DNA of 17,747 bases from contig NZ_JAEDAM010000016.1 in assembly GCF_018420025.1 (NCBI RefSeq), positions 1-17,747 of the forward strand, in the 5' to 3' direction. The notes under the pieces were generated by a model. It saw nothing but the letters and a program-made list of their open reading frames with translations, did not search any database and had not been told where the DNA came from. The DNA is from Candidatus Vampirococcus lugosii (lineage in GTDB: Bacteria > Patescibacteriota > Gracilibacteria > Absconditabacterales > Absconditicoccaceae). Both the position numbers and the translations under genes were made by a program. Of this stretch, positions 14,960-17,747 are shown piece after piece (the first letter of the stretch is position 1; each line of letters begins with the position of its first letter).

Positions 14960-15376
14960 CTATAATTCTTTATCAGAAGAATCTATATCTTCAAACAAAT
15001 CAGACACCCAAGATCATATTCAATAAAAAATAGGAAAAATAGTTTTATTTGATGAAGTCGTATAAAAACCTTCATTAGCTTGTTTAATAAATATAATAAA
15101 CATTACCAATAAAAACAAAAAAATTAATATTGGTAGAGCTCTCAAAAAAGGTATAAAAATCAAAAACACACTAACAACCAAACTTCAAACAAAAATTAGC
15201 CACCATCAAATAGCTTGTTTAAAATGAAAAGTTCAATATTTTCATAATTTTTCTGAATTCAATCAAAAAAATATTCATACCAAAAAATACATAACCACTG
15301 CCCTTTTTCTTTCTGTTGAAGCTGGAACATAATTCTCATCAATAAGACTATTTAACTCATTTTTTTTATTAGACAT
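14960..15376 (-). CDS. Small integral membrane protein (138 aa, about 3 TM helices), possibly DUF4870-like
   Basis: ATG at 15376 and TAG at 14962-14960. Every triplet was walked and no TAA or TAG was found. The translation includes TERKRAVVMYFLVGIFFGL...HFKQAIGWWLIFVGSLVVSVFLIFIPFLRALPILIFLFLLVMFIIFI. Its start lies 3 nt after the rpsB stop. The family assignment is a guess from motif resemblance only. Confidence 0.65.
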
Positions 15377-15379
15377 AAT

Positions 15380-16042
15380 TTATTTTTTTAGAAGATATTC
15401 TATAACAAATTTAACACTTCCATAAGAAGTTATATTTGACACAACTAAACTGGAAGAGTCCCAATATTTATCAAAATCAGTTGAAGAAAGAATAACATTA
15501 TCCAATCATAATATTTCAATCTCTTTAACAAAACTAGATAAAGCAACTCAATCCAAAACAATAGCAAAATCTGGAGATTTCTTTAAATTTTTAACACCAC
15601 TATAAATTAATTTTAATTTATTCAATTTCTTAATAGTTTGTTGCTTTTCTTTTTTTGATAAAGTCGCAAAATCAGAAGATTCAACAAAAGCCGAAAGCTC
15701 AAGCATAGAATTTATTCTAGATTTCAAAGTATCAAAATTAGTAAAAACACCAGAAGGAACATTATTATTCATATAATGAATTCATTGAGATTCACAAATA
15801 TCTTTTATTTCGTCTCTAAATATAACTTTATCAGAAACAAGAAGTATATCTTTTCATTCATTTTTTGCAGACTGAATTCTTTCCCTTGCTATCTTAAGTT
15901 GAGATAATATATATTCTGGATTTATAATAACCAATCAATCTCTAACATCAGCCCAATATTTTCTAGTTTTAGGATTAGCAAACCTTTTTAATGTTCAAAC
16001 ATAAGATTTAGCTCAAACAACACTATCAACTGTTATTTCCAT
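15380..16042 (-). CDS. rpsB: 30S ribosomal protein S2 (220 aa)
   Basis: ATG at 16042 and TAA at 15382-15380. It contains the track fragment 15548..15772. The translation includes MEITVDSVVGAKSYVGTLKRFANPKTRKYW...GKDILLVSDK...PDFAIVLDGVALSSFVKEIEILGLDNVILSSTDFD. This is collinear with S2, and the gene sits upstream of tsf as usual. Confidence 0.88.
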
Positions 16043-16068
16043 AATTTAATTTTAAATAACTTATAAAA

Positions 16069-16446
16069 CTATTTTAATGTAACTGTAGCACCAGCAGCTT
16101 CTAATTTAGATTTTAACTCTTCTGCTTCTTCAACAGCAATTCATTCTTTAACCAAAGTAGGAGTTTTCTCAACCATTTCTTTAGCTTCTTTTAATCACAA
16201 TCATAAAGCTTCTTTAATAGCTTTAATAACAGATATTTTTTGTTGCCCTATTTCAGATAATTCAACAGCAACAGTATCATTTCATTCATCAGCATCATCT
16301 CAAGCCCCTCAAGCCCCTCATACAGCTACAGCAGCAGCGGAAACACCAAATTCTTCTTCCAAAGCTTTAACAACTTCATTTAATTCACTTACAGTAAGCT
16401 CTTTCAATAAATCTATAATTTTTTGTCAATTTTCTGATATACTCAT
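16069..16446 (-). CDS. rplL: 50S ribosomal protein L7/L12 (125 aa)
   Basis: ATG at 16446 and TAG at 16071-16069. The translation includes ...[35 protein letters not shown]...KISVIKAIKEALGLGLKEAKEMVEKTP...AEELKSKLEAAGATVTLK. Of 13 Gly codons, 8 are TGA. These include both Gly of the invariant LGLGLKEAK (16195-16197 and 16201-16203). Confidence 0.95.
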
Positions 16447-16484
16447 TTTTGATTAATAATTAATTAATTTAAAAATAATTCAAA

Positions 16485-16997
16485 CTATTCTCATTTTTTA
16501 GCAATTTGATCAACACCAACAGCAAATGAACGAAGTGGATAATTCATCAAAAAAGCAAATTTAGACAACAATTCATCTTTAGTTGGAAGTTCAGCAATTT
16601 CTGATACATAAGAACTATCTTTCCACTCTGAATCGTACCATCATCAAAGATAAACTAATTCAAACAACTTTTTCTCTTTCTTCGCTTGTTTAACAAATTT
16701 TGAAACTTCTTTTAAAGGAAGATATTCATTTTCTCAAGAAGAAAACAAAGCAATTACTGATCACTCCAAATCATCCAAAGAAACTTCTCATAAACCCGAA
16801 GAAATAGCTGTAGACAAAAAAACTCTTTTCTTAACAACAACCATCTTAGCACCAAACTCAACTATACTATTCCTCAATTTATTGATTTCATTAACAGGTA
16901 TTCATGATTGCTTCAACAAAACAATATTCGATGAAGATTCAATATCTACCTTATAATTATCAACAAGACTTTCTTTCTGTTTCCTTGTTAAAGCCAT
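16485..16997 (-). CDS. rplJ: 50S ribosomal protein L10 (170 aa)
   Basis: ATG at 16997 and TAG at 16487-16485. The translation includes MALTRKQKESLVDNYKVDIESSSNIVLLKQSGIPVNEINKLRNSIVEFGAKMVVVKKRVF... The N-terminal pattern is L10-like, and the gene lies immediately upstream of rplL. Confidence 0.88.
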
Positions 16998-17018
16998 ATA
17001 AATATAAACTTAAATCAT

Positions 17019-17042
17019 AAAAAAACCTTAAAACATTAAGGT
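17019..17042 (-). terminator. Terminator-like hairpin plus U6 inside the rplJ 5' leader; candidate L10-leader attenuator
   Basis: The minus strand reads ACCUUAA-UGUU-UUAAGGU (7-bp stem, 17042-17036 with 17031-17025), followed by UUUUUU (17024-17019). It ends 21 nt before the rplJ ATG. No minus-strand gene is detectable upstream within the window. Confidence 0.4.
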
Positions 17043-17358
17043 GATTTAAATCAAAAAATGAGATTTAATAACCACCTAGGCAGGATTTATTTTATAGCAA
17101 CACTACAAAACCTACTTTCTTTAGTAGTTTTTAAAATAAAAACTATAATACAGTTTATAATGATTTAATATAAAAAATCAAGAGAAAATAAACTAACCTT
17201 CTGCAATAAAAAGATAAAAAAAGCTTGAAAAGTTAATTAAGAACTAATAAAAAACAATAAATAAAAAAGGTGGAATTAGTAGAAATTTATGAAAAATATG
17301 TATAAAGGAGGTATTAAAATTAAGTATAAATGCATTAAAATTAATAAAATATAAGAAA

Positions 17359-17574
17359 ATGAATTATATAAAAAAACTGTTAAATTTAAAAAATTTTGAA
17401 CAAGAAATTTCTAATTCTGTAGAAAATATGTATGATAAATTATATAAACTTACATATAATTACAAAAAAGATTCAGCTAAACTAATAAAAGATATAGTAC
17501 AGTGATTTTTGAAAACAAAAGATATTTCTTTATCAGAAATAAGTAGATATTCTTTTAAAAATAGTAAACTGTAA
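17359..17574 (+). CDS. Hypothetical small protein (71 aa)
   Basis: ATG at 17359 and TAA at 17572-17574, with one in-frame TGA. The frame is actually open from 17251 (108 codons), which is unusual by chance in DNA this AT-rich. The K/N/E-rich composition matches the real genes here, whereas the antisense track ORF 17460..17681 is F/L/I-rich. No family was recognised and the start codon is uncertain. Confidence 0.4.
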
Positions 17575-17642
17575 TATAGACTAGCGTTATTTACACAAAA
17601 AGATATAATAGATAAAATTTTTATTTGTGTAAAAAACAAAAT

Positions 17643-17747
17643 ATGAATATACATATAACATGTACTCAAAAAAAAGAACATAAAAATCAGAGACTAACAG
17701 AAAAGAATCGTAAACATATTCGAAAACTATATTGTGATCAATGGTCT
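17643..17747 (+). CDS. Hypothetical protein, 5' part only (35 codons, runs off the window); weak resemblance to an IS30-type or HTH N-terminus
   Basis: ATG at 17643 and open to the window edge. The translation is MNIHITCTQKKEHKNQRLTEKNRKHIRKLYCDQWS. The LTxxxRxxIxxLxxxxxS spacing recalls the HTH N-termini of IS30-family transposases. This is a pattern match from memory only. Confidence 0.3.
   Translation, partial: MNIHITCTQKKEHKNQRLTEKNRKHIRKLYCDQWS

Noticed and set aside
17460-17681. Minus-strand 73-aa track ORF
   Set aside because: It has an F/L/I-rich shadow composition and lies antisense to two plus-strand ORFs with genome-typical composition. It also spans the inverted repeat between them.

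Overview
This is a very AT-rich bacterial window. It is only readable if TGA is translated as glycine (translation table 25, as used by SR1/Absconditabacteria and Gracilibacteria). The supplied standard-code ORF track therefore shows only fragments of the real genes, plus antisense artefacts. Re-reading by hand with TGA=Gly gives 16 coding regions, 13 of them on the minus strand.

In minus-strand transcription order these are rplJ, rplL, rpsB, a small membrane protein, tsf, rpsF, rpsR, rpmH, rpoB and rpoC. After them come an RRM-type RNA-binding protein, lysA, a frameshifted and C-terminally truncated uvrB, and an orphan membrane-anchored protein. The left edge holds the 3' part of a convergent plus-strand HD-GYP phosphodiesterase gene. 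The right edge holds two small plus-strand ORFs of uncertain nature.

Most of the content is housekeeping. I see no CRISPR array, tRNA, rRNA, defence island or clear novel multi-gene system.

The points worth a second look are:
- the stop-codon reassignment
- the unusual ribosomal/RNA polymerase gene order
- the decayed uvrB
- the lack of Shine-Dalgarno motifs
- several small structured or repeated intergenic elements

All coordinates come from manual triplet walking. Family calls rest on motifs recalled from memory, not on database searches.
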